The notes under the pieces are model-generated. The model did no database searches, was not told the origin of the DNA, and worked only from the letters and a program-made list of their open reading frames with translations. A stretch of 64,000 nucleotides of DNA, taken from assembly GCA_051294375.1 (NCBI GenBank), contig CM119265.1:21824278-21888277 (forward strand), given 5' to 3'. Positions 13,827-27,716 of the stretch are shown here, piece by piece (positions within the stretch are counted from its first letter, which is position 1; the number at the start of each line of letters is the position of its first letter). The stretch is from Paraspadella gotoi (Eukaryota > Animalia > Chaetognatha). The translations under genes and the position numbers were made by a program.

Positions 13827-14116
13827 AGAGAGAGTTTGGCCGACGCTTGGCTGCACAAATACACCAAAAGATTATTTCCACGGCGAAATCTGAGCAGCGG
13901 TCCGACCGATTGTCGACGATGATGACGATGACGATGACTACGACCATGATTACGACGACGACGAGAATAACGTTGAATGAATGATGGAACAAGTGGACGA
14001 GAAGGAGGAAGAGGAGGAGGTTGAGATTAACAGGAGCGCAGGGTAAGTTGTGATGTGTGAGAGAGAGATCGAGTTGGATTGGGTGAGGTCGATCGAAGAA
14101 GATAGTATGAAAAACG

Positions 14117-14182
<66 letters not shown>

Positions 14183-14943
14183 AGGAGAGAGAGAAGAGAG
14201 AAGAAAGAATACGGAGACAATAGAAAAAAAATAAGATGGTTAAAAAAAGATAGCGAAGAACCCAGATAGTATTTTTCTCGTCATTATAGTTTAATCGCGT
14301 AGCTTTTGACGAAACTAAATCCGTTTAGAGTTTAAAAACAGGGAAAACGCATAGTTACCGTAGAAATAGACTAAAACGAAAGTCAGATAAGCGCCAAAAT
14401 AAGGAGCAGTCTCGGGTCCAACTTTTATTATGGGTGAGCAAAGTTTAAAATTTATGTGCTTCTTTTTCGATTTACAAAGTTTCAGTGAATCAAACGAGTA
14501 ATTTTTGTCAGGAATCACAAAAAAGCTGACGAATCGAGAAGAAAGATGCACGAGATGCCACAAGAAGAAATTCGCCGACGACGATCGAGAGGACAACGAT
14601 CACAACAACAACGACAAAATGGAAAAGGGCGGCGACGAAGGCGACGAATCCGAAAAAATCGACGATCGAATTTGCGCCGATGAAGATCGAAATAACAACA
14701 ACAATGATGACGACGAGGACGACGAAGCCTTCGGGATTCTCAACGGCGGAGGCCTGGACAACAACAGCAACGTCAGTCTCTTCAACGATTGCGAAATCTG
14801 GGATCTCTCCGACAGAGTCAAAGCCAAGGCGGAAGTTAATTTATGAAGTTATATCATAATATGTATCAATGACAAAATAATGATAAAATGAAAGCGAAGT
14901 TTGAATTACTTCTCATCAAATTGATTGCATACTTTATAAACTC

Positions 14944-15003
<60 letters not shown>

Positions 15004-18000
15004 TCAGAACACAAGTCGCTCCTCCTCCTCTTTCTTACATCGCGACGGCGACGACCCCGGGCGAGCGGCACCGACGAGTTGGAACCTTTCGTGGCGGAAA
15101 TGGGCGTGGCCAGCGTCGTCGATGGGCGAAAAAGGGCCAAGATTTTGCCGCATATAGCCAGGTTGAGCGTTTGGGGAGACGCGAGGGAGCCTAGGGAGGA
15201 ATGGGATGAGGAGGAAGAGGAGGAAGAGAGCGACGACAGCGACGATGATGACGATCTGGAGGACGCAAGAGCAATGGAATTGTCGCCGACTCAGAGCGTC
15301 CAAGACGTCGTCGTCACGATGCCTCAAGCCAAGGACGGCTTCGTCGCCGGCGCTCAGTTCCCCCGAGAGGTTCGTCCGGAGGTGCTCGGATCATTGAACC
15401 ACTCTGGAGGATCCGTGCACAGACGGATCGCGTCCGAAGGCCGAGTCGTAGGAAGAGAAGCTCCCACGGAGTCGACGACCGACTCGGAGAAGCTCGACGA
15501 GACCGCGGACTTCTTCGCTCAAGCGGAAGAGTTGAAGAGGCTCGTCGTGGAGGCTGGACGTTCGCTCGTCGGGTCGAGGGGGAGAGGGAGGAAGGAGGGA
15601 GCGGAAAGAGTGGGGAGGGAGGAAGGTAGACGTGGATGGGACGCCAACGAATCAAGTCTGGCGGCGAGATTCATTTCCGAGATTCTGCGATCGAGCGAAG
15701 GGGGAGAGGGAAATTTCTACGACGATGGAGATGACGAGGACGACGACGGCGACGACGAAGACAACGTCAACGAAAACAGGGCCGGGACGGAGAAGGCCGT
15801 CCAATTCGCCGGCGAAGAGAGAGACAAAATGGATTCGTGTGCGGAGCGAGAAAGCGATGAAGGGGTCGAACGAAGAATCAGCGGATCAACGCGATCGTAC
15901 GACAACGCGAACGACTCATCGGACGAAGAATTTAGTTCGGACCCGAAACTCGTCTCCTTTTTAAACTGCAGTCAAGGTTTCGTGTCAGAACGGGCCGTCA
16001 CCGTCGAGAGCCTTGAAACGTCTTGCGGCGATGACGGTGCCGACGACGAAAGCGCCAGCGAATTGGAAATGAACGCCGACGATCTGGACGCAAGTCTCAG
16101 CTTCTACGGGGTGGAGAGAGTCGAAGAGAGCGAATCGGTCGATTCCATCGCACTCGGCGAAACAAACAGCATGAGCGTTGGAGAGAGAAGGACGGCGGAC
16201 GACCGGTTGGATCGGTTGGTAGAGGAGGAGAGAGACTGTGTGGAGGCGGCGAGGTTCGAGAATGGAGAGGAAGAGAGAGAGGACCAACTACTTTCCCTCT
16301 TAAGATTTGATGAAGGTTTCATCCGGGAAAAGGCTGTAGTCGTCAAGGAAAATGACGTTTCGATCTCGAGCGACGGGAAATTTGACCGAAACGACGCTTC
16401 CGCCGAAAACTTGAAGGGGCGTTTCGGCGTCAATCCGTCGAGAAGCGACATCGAACGTCTCATTTGGAGGGAGAAAGTTGATTTGGGAAAGAAAATGATC
16501 GGGCGGTTGAAGGGCGATGGAAATCGGCTTCCGATGGGCGGAAAAGACGTGGCCGTGATTCTCGGAGAAGAGAGAGACGTCTTAAGGTCAAATTCGGAGG
16601 GTAGAAGGAAAGGCTCGTCGATGCCGGAAGATGACAGGCTGAGGCGACTCTCGCGCTTCGGCGTAGAGGTTATGCTGGAAAAGGCGGCTACAGTAAAAAG
16701 CCTCGACGTCTCTTTCGGATCCGGAAAACATTCCGACGAAATTGGTAAGCGATTCGGGAACGTTGAGTCCGTGGAAAGCGGACGAAACGGGACCTTCGCG
16801 AACGAAGACGTCATTCGAGTTTTTGAGGAGAGAGGGAGAGTCGGAGAGCGTCGAGCCAAATCTCTCGCGACAAAAAGAAGCAAAACGCGACAGACCAAAC
16901 AAGACGAAGAGACGACAAAAAAGATGGCGAGATTCTCCGAAGGTCGCAGCTTTGAAGAGCTACGTGACAGATCTCTCGCGCTTAAAAAAAGCAGAACCCG
17001 ACAGAAGAAATTAGACGTAGAGTCGACGAGAGAGATTGTGAGCGTCTCCGAAGGGTGCAGCGTCGGAGAAAGGCGCGCCAAATCTGCCTCGCCTAAAAGA
17101 AGCAAGACGCGACAGACAAAATTGGACGTGGAGTCAACGAGAGAGATTGTGAGTGTCTCCGAAGGGTGCAGCGTCGGAGAAAGGCGTGGCAAATCTGTCG
17201 CGCCTAAAAGAAGCAAGACGCGACAGACGAACTTGGACGTGGAGTCGACGAGAGAGATCGTGAGCGTCTCCGAAGGGTGCAGCGTCGGAGAAAGGCGCGC
17301 CAAATCTGTCGCGCCTAAAAGAAGCAAGACGGGACAGACGAACTTGGACGTGGAGTCGACGAGAGAGATCGTGTGCGTCTCCGAAGGGTGCAGCATCGGA
17401 GAAAGGCGCGCCAAATCTGTCGCGCCTAAAAGAAGCAAGACGGGACAGACGAACTTGGACGTGGAGTCGACGAGAGAGATCGTGAGCGTCTCCGAAGGGT
17501 GCAGCGTCGGAGAAAGGCGCGCCAAATCTGTCGCGCCTACAAGAAGCAAGACGCGACAGACGATACCCGACGAAGAGACGACGAGAGAGATCGCCAGAAT
17601 CTCAGAAGGTCTCAGCTTCGGGAAAAAAGAAGCGGAAAACTTAACGCGTCACGCGAGATCTAGATCGGTACTCGGGAGCGCGTTCGATCTGGGCGAAGCC
17701 GAGGATTTCGTCGTCGCGGAGGGCGTTAGCACCGGCGGAGGATCGACGCCGACGGTCAAATCGACGGAGCGCGATCGACGCCGCTCGACATTCGAGGACG
17801 AGGCGAGTCTCTTGGCCAAGGAAAAGATCGGGGTCCTCGTCAAGCGACGGAAAAGTCGCGGCGGCGGCGGCGGCGGCAGCGGCGGAACGGATCGATCGAG
17901 CGGCGAAGTTCGGCGGAGATCGAGATCCGTCGACAGTCGAGAGTTGGAGCAGTTGGCCGGGTCGTGGGCCTACGCGCTGAGAGACTTTATCAACACCAAC

Positions 18001-21000
18001 GCTCAACCGCGAAGTTGGTCCTCGTCCGTGACGGAGGAGAGCGAGACGATTATGGCGAAGGAAATCTCCGCGGAAAAATGGGCGACGCTTGGGGGTGGGA
18101 GTGCCGGTGGCGGAGAAGACCACTTGGACGACGATGACGACGGAGATGACGAATATGTCGACGCGAGAGACGGAGAGGAAGATCTGACGGGGACGGGGAC
18201 GGGGACGACGACCAAGACAACATCGACGACGAAGACGACGACGACGACGTCGTCGTCAACCAGGCCGATCAAGAGCGAAATAGTCGCCCACGCGGAGGAG
18301 CGGACGTCCGACTTGAAGGAGGAGTTGGTATCTCCGCCGAAGACCAGCGTGAAGAAGCGGATAAGAGAGATGGCGAGCAGACGAGCGAGTGTGACTCAAG
18401 GGGTTGGGACGACCGATTCGGAGGAGGAGCCTCGACCGAGGGTCAGGAGGAAACCGAGAAAGGTGAGTTAATTTGAAACTAAAGAGCGAGTTAAAAACGT
18501 TAAAATTAAAACTCTTCTTTCGCGGCAGCGTCGAGGCAGTTCTGACGGCATGACGGCCTCGCTCCCGTTTCCCGAGCCATTGATCGAGATGCCCCGATTG
18601 GAGTCGCCACCATCGACATCGTCGCTGCCGCTGACGCCGCCGCTGACGCCAATGGACTCTCCTGAACTGGCTCATTGTCACTGGGAAGAGTCTTCGATCC
18701 AAGAACCGGGTGAGGGACCGATTGATTCCATATACCAATGATGGACATTGGACAATCCGAAACGTTGCTTAAACTGATTCAGATATAAATACTTAATTTG
18801 CTCTTCCTCTTTTCCGTCCGCCATTTTTAATGTTTATTGATTTCTTATATTGCATGCCATTATCCAATTATCCGTTTTCAGCGGTGACACTGGGGCCGCG
18901 TCGAACGTCGGACGAAGCTCGTATTTGGGCGCGAGAATCGTCGCCGTACAAAACGCCCCACCAGGTAGAGTCGGGCCCTATTCCTTATCCAGCCAAAATC
19001 AACGAGAAGTGGTCCGACGAGGTGCCCTATCTGTCCTCGCCGCCCAACAAGAAGCCGCTCGACGGGGGGATTCGCTCTAATTCTATAGTTCCAATTGATC
19101 GGTCACTGGGGCAGTCGAAGGAAATGTCGTCGGAGCAATGGGATCGAATGGTTCAATCTGTAGAATTCGAACAATATGATACGCGACCGGGTCAGACACT
19201 GCATTGGGATCAACCACTGGTTCAGGCGAAACAATCTGACTTGCGACCTGCTCCGTCACAAGATCGCGATCAAGGACTTGCGAAAACGCAGCAAGGGGAT
19301 CAGCCTCCTGTACAATCACAGCAAAGGGTACAGTCGAAGCAATCTGATAAGCTATCAATACAGTCGAAGCAATCTGATAAGCGATCGCAGCAGACAATTA
19401 TCTGCACTGATTTTAAAAGGCTATCTAAACAGTCGCAGCTTTCCGACCGGGCAGTATCCTCCCAGCAATGGGATCAGCCTCTAATAGAGATACAGATATC
19501 TGATCCGCAACTAGGTCAGTCAAAAGAAAAAGATGAAGTACTTCCCGCGCAGTCTCAGCAATGGGATCAGCCTCCAGTGCAATTGGTACACTCGACGCAA
19601 TCCATTAAGCTATCGACGCAGTCAAAGCAATCAGCTCAGCGACAATTACAATCGCAGCAATCGGATCAGCCATTAGTGCAGAAAAAGTCTTCTAAACTAC
19701 AACCAATACAATCTAAATCCTCGCAGCAACAGGATCAGACTCCACCTAAATCGCCTGCGCAATCGAAGCCTTCCGTACAGTTGAATCCTTCCAAACAGTC
19801 AACTTCAGTAGCACAACCTCTCCTTCAATCCCCGTCACATCCGCCGAGGATGCACGAGGAACCGCCGCCGGAGAGACCGGGGACGAAATCGGAAGCGCGT
19901 CCGCTGCCGTTCGTCGAGGGGCCAAAGGGGTATAGTAACGCCGCCGGTGACGGTTATAACGGCGGCGCTTTAGGACGCCGGCGATCGAAACCGAAGGGCG
20001 TCGAGGATAATGGGGAAAAATCAGTCGGATTGAAAATGTGAGAGATGAGATCGTCTTTATTTATATTTTTTTTAACAATTTTTTTTTTCTATGTTCCGGG
20101 GTTTTTTTTTTGTTTTTTGTTTTTCATTTTGTTTTTCTTCCATTTAATTTATTTCGTTATGTTTGTGTTTTTATTTTAGTCCAGATCGTTTTCCTGTTTT
20201 TTTTGTTTTGTTTTTTCTTTTGTTTTGTTTTGTTTTATTTTTTTTTGTTTTCGCGGAAAAGGTTCGAGCACTACCAGCGCAACCAGTTCGTCTACAACCG
20301 CGTCTCCCTGGGCCTCTTCGTCGTCTCACTCTGGAACTGGCAGACCGGAGGTTTCGGCGCCAAAGCCGAATTCCTGGAGAACCTCAAGTCCGCCAGCGTC
20401 TCAGCCGCCGCCGCTTCTACCGTCGCTGACGGCATCTTGGCGGCGATGAGAGAGGAGGGGGAGGTGAAGAAGTGAGAGAGATAGAGAGAGAGAGAGATTC
20501 ACAACTGTCGCCGAAAATGCAATGCCCAGTTGTTAAAGATAATTTTTGATGACAATTAATATCAGTAAAGTATTTTGTAATAATCGTTTATGAAATAAAA
20601 AGAAGGGGACGATCGCGGTGTCTACTAACGTTTTTATTTTAAGTAGTTATTTAAAATTTAATATTTAATATTTAAGTGGCATTGAAGCAAAATACTTCAG
20701 AAAAGAACACTCGACAGAAGTCGACTTGCCTGTCGCCTTGAAATCCTGGATTGCATTTGCAAAACGCGTCAATGGTTCCGTCCGTTTTATTCTTATTGTA
20801 GCACTCGGCCGTGTTGTTCTCCACGCAATTTTTGGCCGGACATAAATCTACTGTCGTTTCGCATCTCGTTCCGTTAAAGGCCGGACCGCAACTGGAAGCG
20901 AAAACGATCGAGAAGTTAGATTAGTTGAATTTATTAATAATTAGTAATATAATGGTGGCAAGGTGATAATAGAGAGGAGCTGAAATGAACGATCATCGAG

Positions 21001-21535
21001 TGATGCTTACAATTTCAGGTAAATTTAGTTCTCGACAAAATTGTATCATAATAATTCAACCACCATCATGACTCCAACAATCTCTTAACATAGATTATCA
21101 ATATATTATATACTCTATCCACCATGACTTTAACTCACTCGCAAACGAATTTATTAAACTCGTCCCGACACTTCCGGTCATGATAGCATGGATTGGCGCC
21201 AGAAACGTTGCCGCAAACGTCGCCTCCTTCACACGCCGCGCCGATTTGCGGCGACGCCGGCGTCGATTCCAAAGTGAAATCTATCTTCTGTCGATTCGAC
21301 ACGGAAGAGTTGTAGAGATTGAGAGGGAGCATGACAGAGAAGAGACGGACGTCGCGGAGGCAGCCTTTGAATCGAGAGGTGGATGGTGAAGAGGTTATCA
21401 AAGATTGAAGACCAATTGGGGATATATTTAATTTGTTTAACTTTAAATAAGAAATAGACTATATAGAAAGAAAGAAATTTAAAAAGAATTTAAGAGAGAA
21501 AGAAAAAAGAAATAAAGATAGAAAGATAGAAAGAT

Positions 21536-21586
<51 letters not shown>

Positions 21587-23271
21587 AAAAAAGAAAAAGA
21601 AAAACGTATGGAGACCAAAGAATGACAAATAAGAATTTATACAAAAACAAATAACTTCATTACCCGAAAACGCTCCCTCTTCGTTAACGGCGACTCGGAC
21701 GCCGCTGACGTTCATCGAGGGCCCCGTTTGGGCCCCGCCCACTTCCGCCCGCGACGCGCTCGTTTCCGTCCAATTGGCGCAGTGGAGATCGTAAATTCGC
21801 AACGAGGTGGCGTTGACGTGGAAACGGCGACACTCGGCGTCGGCGACGTCGAAGGAAGTCGTCAAGAAAACGACGCCGGCGACTAGGGCTTCGAGATTTC
21901 CGGACGAGGTGATGCGGATCTGAAGGATGGAAGGTGAATTTCGGGAGAGAGGGGGAGCGAGCATAGGTGAGAGAGGGAGCGAGCATAGGTGTGAGTCAGG
22001 GAGAATCGAGAAGATTCAGAGGGAATTATATTCAGGACTATCCAGGAGTATTTTTGAAGATTCAGGGAGATTCAATGAGATTGGAGAAGATTTAAGTTTA
22101 TTTTCTGAGATTCAGGGATTTTAAGAAAACAATTTTTGAGAGATTGAGAGAGATTCGATGAGATATCATTACCGGTTGTAGAGATATTTGCATAATGACA
22201 TTAATGGCTAGATTATTACAATTCAACAATTTGGTGCCGCCAATCGTTTAACGTTTCCCTCACCTCAACCGAGACGTCGGAGGAATTAACTTGGAAGAGT
22301 CCGACATCTTTAGAACGCGTCCTCAGGTCGAATGAGAGTTGAAAGCCTCGTTCGGCGCCGATGGCGTCGGAAGGAGTTGTCCAAATAAGTTTCTCGTTGC
22401 CGGCTTTAAAACTGGACACCGCGACGCCTGAAAAATTTAATACATAATGACTTCCGAATGAAAATAATGAAATAAATAAATAAAATAAATAAATAAACTT
22501 TTTTTCATATACAAATTACTCACAATCGTAGCCTTCGAATCCGTTGACGAGGTTGTCGTCAGTGTCGACGCCTCTGCACGTGGCGTCGCTCGCGCAGGGA
22601 GATAATTGGCACGGAACGCGTTTTTCGCACGTCTTGCCGTCGAAGCCTGGCGGGCAGACGCACTTGAAATCCTGGAAAGGGTTTATAAAGAAAATATTGA
22701 TAAAAAAAGACATAGATAAACGAACGAATATAGAAAGAAATAGATAAACATTGAGCCAATTAAGAGTTTTCACGATTTAGATGTTTTAGATTTTTCGTAT
22801 TTTTCATATTTTTTTAGATTTTCGGCGAGGGCTGTAAATTTAAGCAAAAATCAAAATACGTAAGTAATCAAGTTTTTACCCATCTTCCCATCTCGTATTT
22901 AGCTCCACAATTAGTTCCACAATATACCACAATATGATGGAGACAATCCGAATTAATCAATGAAAAAAAATTCACCACCATGACTCGCCTGAAACTCAAC
23001 ATTTTCGCAATTTCCTTTTACGCAAGGTTTTTGATTCTCGCAGATCTGATCAGTTTTGATTCCGGCTTCGACGACGTCCGCCGACGACGGTTCCGGATGG
23101 ACGCCGGGAAAACCGGACGTGACGCCGGATTGCGTCGTCAACGGAAGACGTCGAGAGTCGAGCAGCGGGTCTTGGAGGACGCCTGGATCGAAATCGGATT
23201 GGAGGAAGTTTTTGATTATTAACAGATAGATAAAGATAGAGAAAGCGATATTGATAGAAAGAAACAGAAAG

Positions 23272-23357
<86 letters not shown>

Positions 23358-26300
23358 ACAAAAACAGAGACAGAGAAACAGAAACGAAATCTAAGTTTCA
23401 AACCTTTGAAATCCGGAATCCCCAAGACGTCGGCCTTCGTCGAGAGGGCGCGACGTCTCCTCGCGTTTCGCGCGACTCCGCCGATGAAAATGGCGTCTTT
23501 GGCGACGTTAAAGCCAACGACGCTGGTCGTCGTCGTCTTCGCCGTCGACGTCGCTGACGTCGTCGTCATGTCGAGACGCAACTCTTGACCGTCGTAGGAA
23601 ACGTCGGCTCGATGCTTGTTGCCGTCGTTGTATTTAGCTGGAGGATAAAAAGAGCAATGAAAGTGTGGAATAGAAATGAGCAATAAAAATAAATAGGAAA
23701 AAAGTGTCGCAATAGCCATCAGGGTGTGCCACATTGCCTTTTTATCAATGTACTCTAAATCCGCATTCAGTTTTGGTTACTCAATCTTATTTGCATATTG
23801 CAGCGATTTATATTTTCTCATATATCGTTACATCTGGTTTTGTTGTTTGTTTTTTTTTTTGGTTTTTTTGGGGGGGAGAGATTATTTAAATAATAGTTTT
23901 AAATCGCCTCACCGTCCGACGACGCGGTAACAACGCTCCCGTTTGTAGCGTCAAAGACGCCGGCGACGACGACGCCGTTCTTCAAATATCCCGCCAGGAA
24001 ACCGGAATCGGCTGTGGGCGTGGCCGATCCGAGGAAAAACAATAGACCATCCGTCGCTTTCGTTTTGAAGAGTAGGGATATGGAGGAGGAGGAGGAGGAG
24101 GACGTGGAGGAGGAGAGGTTGAAGAAGACGTAAGAAGCGTTGGACGAAGGTTCTTTGTTGAAGAGGAGCGTCACCGGGGTGACCTCTGTGGAGAGGGGAA
24201 GGATTAAAATAGTTTTAATAACATTAATTTTTTTTTTTTTTTTAATATTTAATCGTTGACGAGCAATATAAGCATCCCCACTCACCCACGGAACAATTCG
24301 CTCCGGCAAAAGTCCTCGCGCACCGGCACATTAAATCGTTCCACCGGTCGACGCACTTCCCTCCATTGTTGCATGGATCGCCGACGCACTGCGGATTCCG
24401 CCGACATCCTTCGACTACTGCAGCGCCGGCGCTAAAGTCCGACCGCGTCAATGCCTCGGCGTTGGCGCCAAAACGCAGATCGCGCACGCAGCCGGCGAAG
24501 GGCGTGGCGTCGGAGGAAAGGGTGAGTTCTATCGGCGTCGAGGTGATGTTGACGTCGATCGAGGCCGTGAGAATGATCGTAGACGAGGCGTTGGTGCCGT
24601 TGAACTCGACGGAGACGGAGTCGGTGCCGGGATCGAGAGAAACGACGACGGGGTTCCATCGAGGATCGGAAGCGTTCGTCGACGACTCGAAATTCTCCAG
24701 CGGAGCGGAGGTGACCGAGGAAGGTACGCCCGGATCGAGGAACAGTCGACCGTCGGAGAAGCGAAGGACGAGGCTGAGATTGTTGGAAGAGGAAAGGGTG
24801 AGGACGGAACCCTGAAGGTAAGTCGTCTTCAGGTCGAAGGTGATGCGTGTGAGGGAAGTGACGAAAAATTGGGTGGAGGCCGAGACGGAACCTGGAGAGT
24901 TTAAGGGTCGAAAACGATAGCGGTCGTTCGTTCGCAGATGGTTAATTGGTTAACCAATGGTTAACCAACGGTTATGGTACAATTGTGCAAATGTACAACA
25001 TGCATGCAGTGATGCCATTTGGCCTCAATTCACACACTCGGTCACAAACCATTCCCATGACTTCCGAATACCTTTCCCAACGAACGCCATCTCGGTCGTG
25101 TTCTCGCACGTTCTTCCAGTCCACGACGCCGCACATGCGCAGGAGAACGTCGCCACCTCCAAATTCTCGTCGTAGCTGTCTTTGCACACGGCGCCGTTCT
25201 GGCACGGCCACGCTTGGCACGCGTCCAGCGCCACCGAGCAGTTGACGCCCGCGTGGGTGGAAGGGCAATGGCATTTATGTTCGCCGGGGGGGAGGTCGGT
25301 CTGGCGAAGGGAATGAGGTGGGACGATTGGAGGGGAAGACATGGGGCGTTAAAAAAAGGAAAATAAGACGTCGGGTCATCGGGGGGTAAATGGAGGAATA
25401 ATAATCTAATCCAACAAAAAAATATTCTTACAGGATGATTCATAAAGCGGATTTTGTTTGCCTGTACACGTCCGACATAAATTAAAGTGAATTAAAGTAC
25501 CCACAAACGCGGTTTGAACTAATGCGACTCGAATCATTCTGCCCACTCAAAAAAAAAAAACAACAACAACTTCGAACAGTCAATTAATCTTCGCGTCATT
25601 CGCGATCCTCCTTATTCCTAAATCTTCAAAAAGCGGTTAAAGGAAAATCTGGTGACTAATGCGACTAATGCATTAGTAATGCGTCAGTTTCGTGCGCAAA
25701 AAAAAATTACAAAATCTGCAGATGAGCAAATTTAGCTAAAAAATTAAGAGCCTTAGCCTTAGCCATAGCTACTTTTAAACGTAGATAAAAGTTATGTTCT
25801 GTTAATATTAATTTTTATAATCACATCCAGAAATTAAAAAAATATCAATCTACAGTATGCAATTATCTCTCACCGAATTGCACGTCCCGTTTCCGCAAGG
25901 GGTCTCCTCCACGCAAGTGTCGTACACGTCCGTGCAATTGCGCCCCTTCCATCCGCGCGCGCATTCGCAGATGTAAGATTCGCTTCCGTTGACGCAGGTG
26001 GCGTTGTTGACGCAGGGAGAATCCGCGCAAAAGTCCGTGGAATTCTCGCAGAGATAACCTAAAGGGGGAAAGATAAATTTAAGTTTTGGTCTTTGGATTT
26101 TCAAACTTTGATTTTAGCTTACTCAGTAATAAAATTTTCTTAGTCTAGAGTTTGTTAAAATTTAAGGAGATGAAAGTTTAAAATATTTTTATTTTTAACT
26201 TAAAAAAAATTAAATTTAACGAATATATTTGTCATTTTGCAAAATATGCTTTATAACCGTTCGCTAAATGACGTGTGGTCTTTACGTATCTAGTCAAGTC

Positions 26301-26771
26301 TGCTGGAAACGACTCATTTCGAATCATTTTTAAACGTGCGACAATGTTCACCAATGAAAAAAAAACGATCTCTACCACTAAAATTACCATCTGCGAAGAA
26401 AAGTAATCACCTGCCAAAAAATACACACCAAGCATGAAGCACAATAATTGCACACGTATAAAATCCATATTCGCTGCTTATGTATTTTTTTTAAAAGATT
26501 AACAAAAAGTTTTTAATGCAGACATTTTTTTTATGAAAGTCTTCGTTCCAAAGTTACACCGATGGTTTTCACGACATGGTTTGACGATTTTTTTTTAACG
26601 CTTGATGGGTTTTACATCCTTTAATTGACGCTTAAATACTGAAATACTTCAAAAAAGCAAAAATAGATTAAAAATTTTGAAAATGCTGTTAACGTGAAAA
26701 AGAATGTTTCTGGCATCGCATGTGATGACAGAATGAGGGATGGAGAGGGGGTGTAATAATAACAGAAACAG

Positions 26772-26869
<98 letters not shown>

Positions 26870-27673
26870 ACACGATGGCAAGTTTGTTTGGGGAAAGAGA
26901 AGAAGGATTTTAATCGATAAAAACGCCGGAGCGCATTTTCCAGTAACAATAGAAGTGATAAGAATCAGAAACGAGAAGAAATCAGAGATAAGAGAAAATT
27001 TAACGCATCGATGAAGAAAAATGAAGACAGTGGATTTTAATCTAATTTGCATCTGCGAAAATAACAGGTTTTTACTTGGTAAAGGAAATGATTAAACGAA
27101 ATTGAGAAAAAAAAATATTAAAGAGGAATTCTTGGATAATATTTTACTAAGCGAATTTTTATTTCCGCACGAGAATGTTTAAAATATCTTGGTTAAAATT
27201 TGTTCGATAAATTCTACTTTTTTAATCAAATGTTCTTTGTGTATTTATTCAGCCTTTGAGACTTATTATTTCGACGAATTATGAAACTATTCAATATTCA
27301 TCAAGCGATGTGGAAATAGATATCGAAATCAGTAACGTGAACGAAATAGAACAGAACTCTTTTAAGCGGAGAAAACTTATTGGTGAAGACGTTCAAAATT
27401 GTTCGAACCTGTCACTAAATTGCAAGGGAGGTGTGTCAGATTCAGTTGAGTTGAGAATCTAAAAATAAATCGAATTTTCGTGACAACGATTGATATCGAG
27501 AGACTGGAAATATTTCTTCGCGCGTCTCTGTCTCTCTTATCTCAATTCACTTGCCAGAGAGAGAGAGAGAAGAGAGAGAGATAGACAGAGAAAGAGAGGA
27601 AGAGATATTCGAAACGGCGCCCAAGATAAGGGCAACAAACTCGAGAAAGAAAGTTCGATCGAATAAAATACTG

Positions 27674-27716
<43 letters not shown>

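Noticed and set aside
12655-14220. ORFs rich in SLSLSL or ERERER (also at 23.0-23.7, 26.6-27.0, 36.1-36.5 and 51.5-51.9 kb)
   Set aside because: Translations of (AG)n/(CT)n microsatellites.
16104-17549. 481-aa antisense ORF
   Set aside because: Shadow of the 111-bp coding repeat on the opposite strand; no independent evidence.
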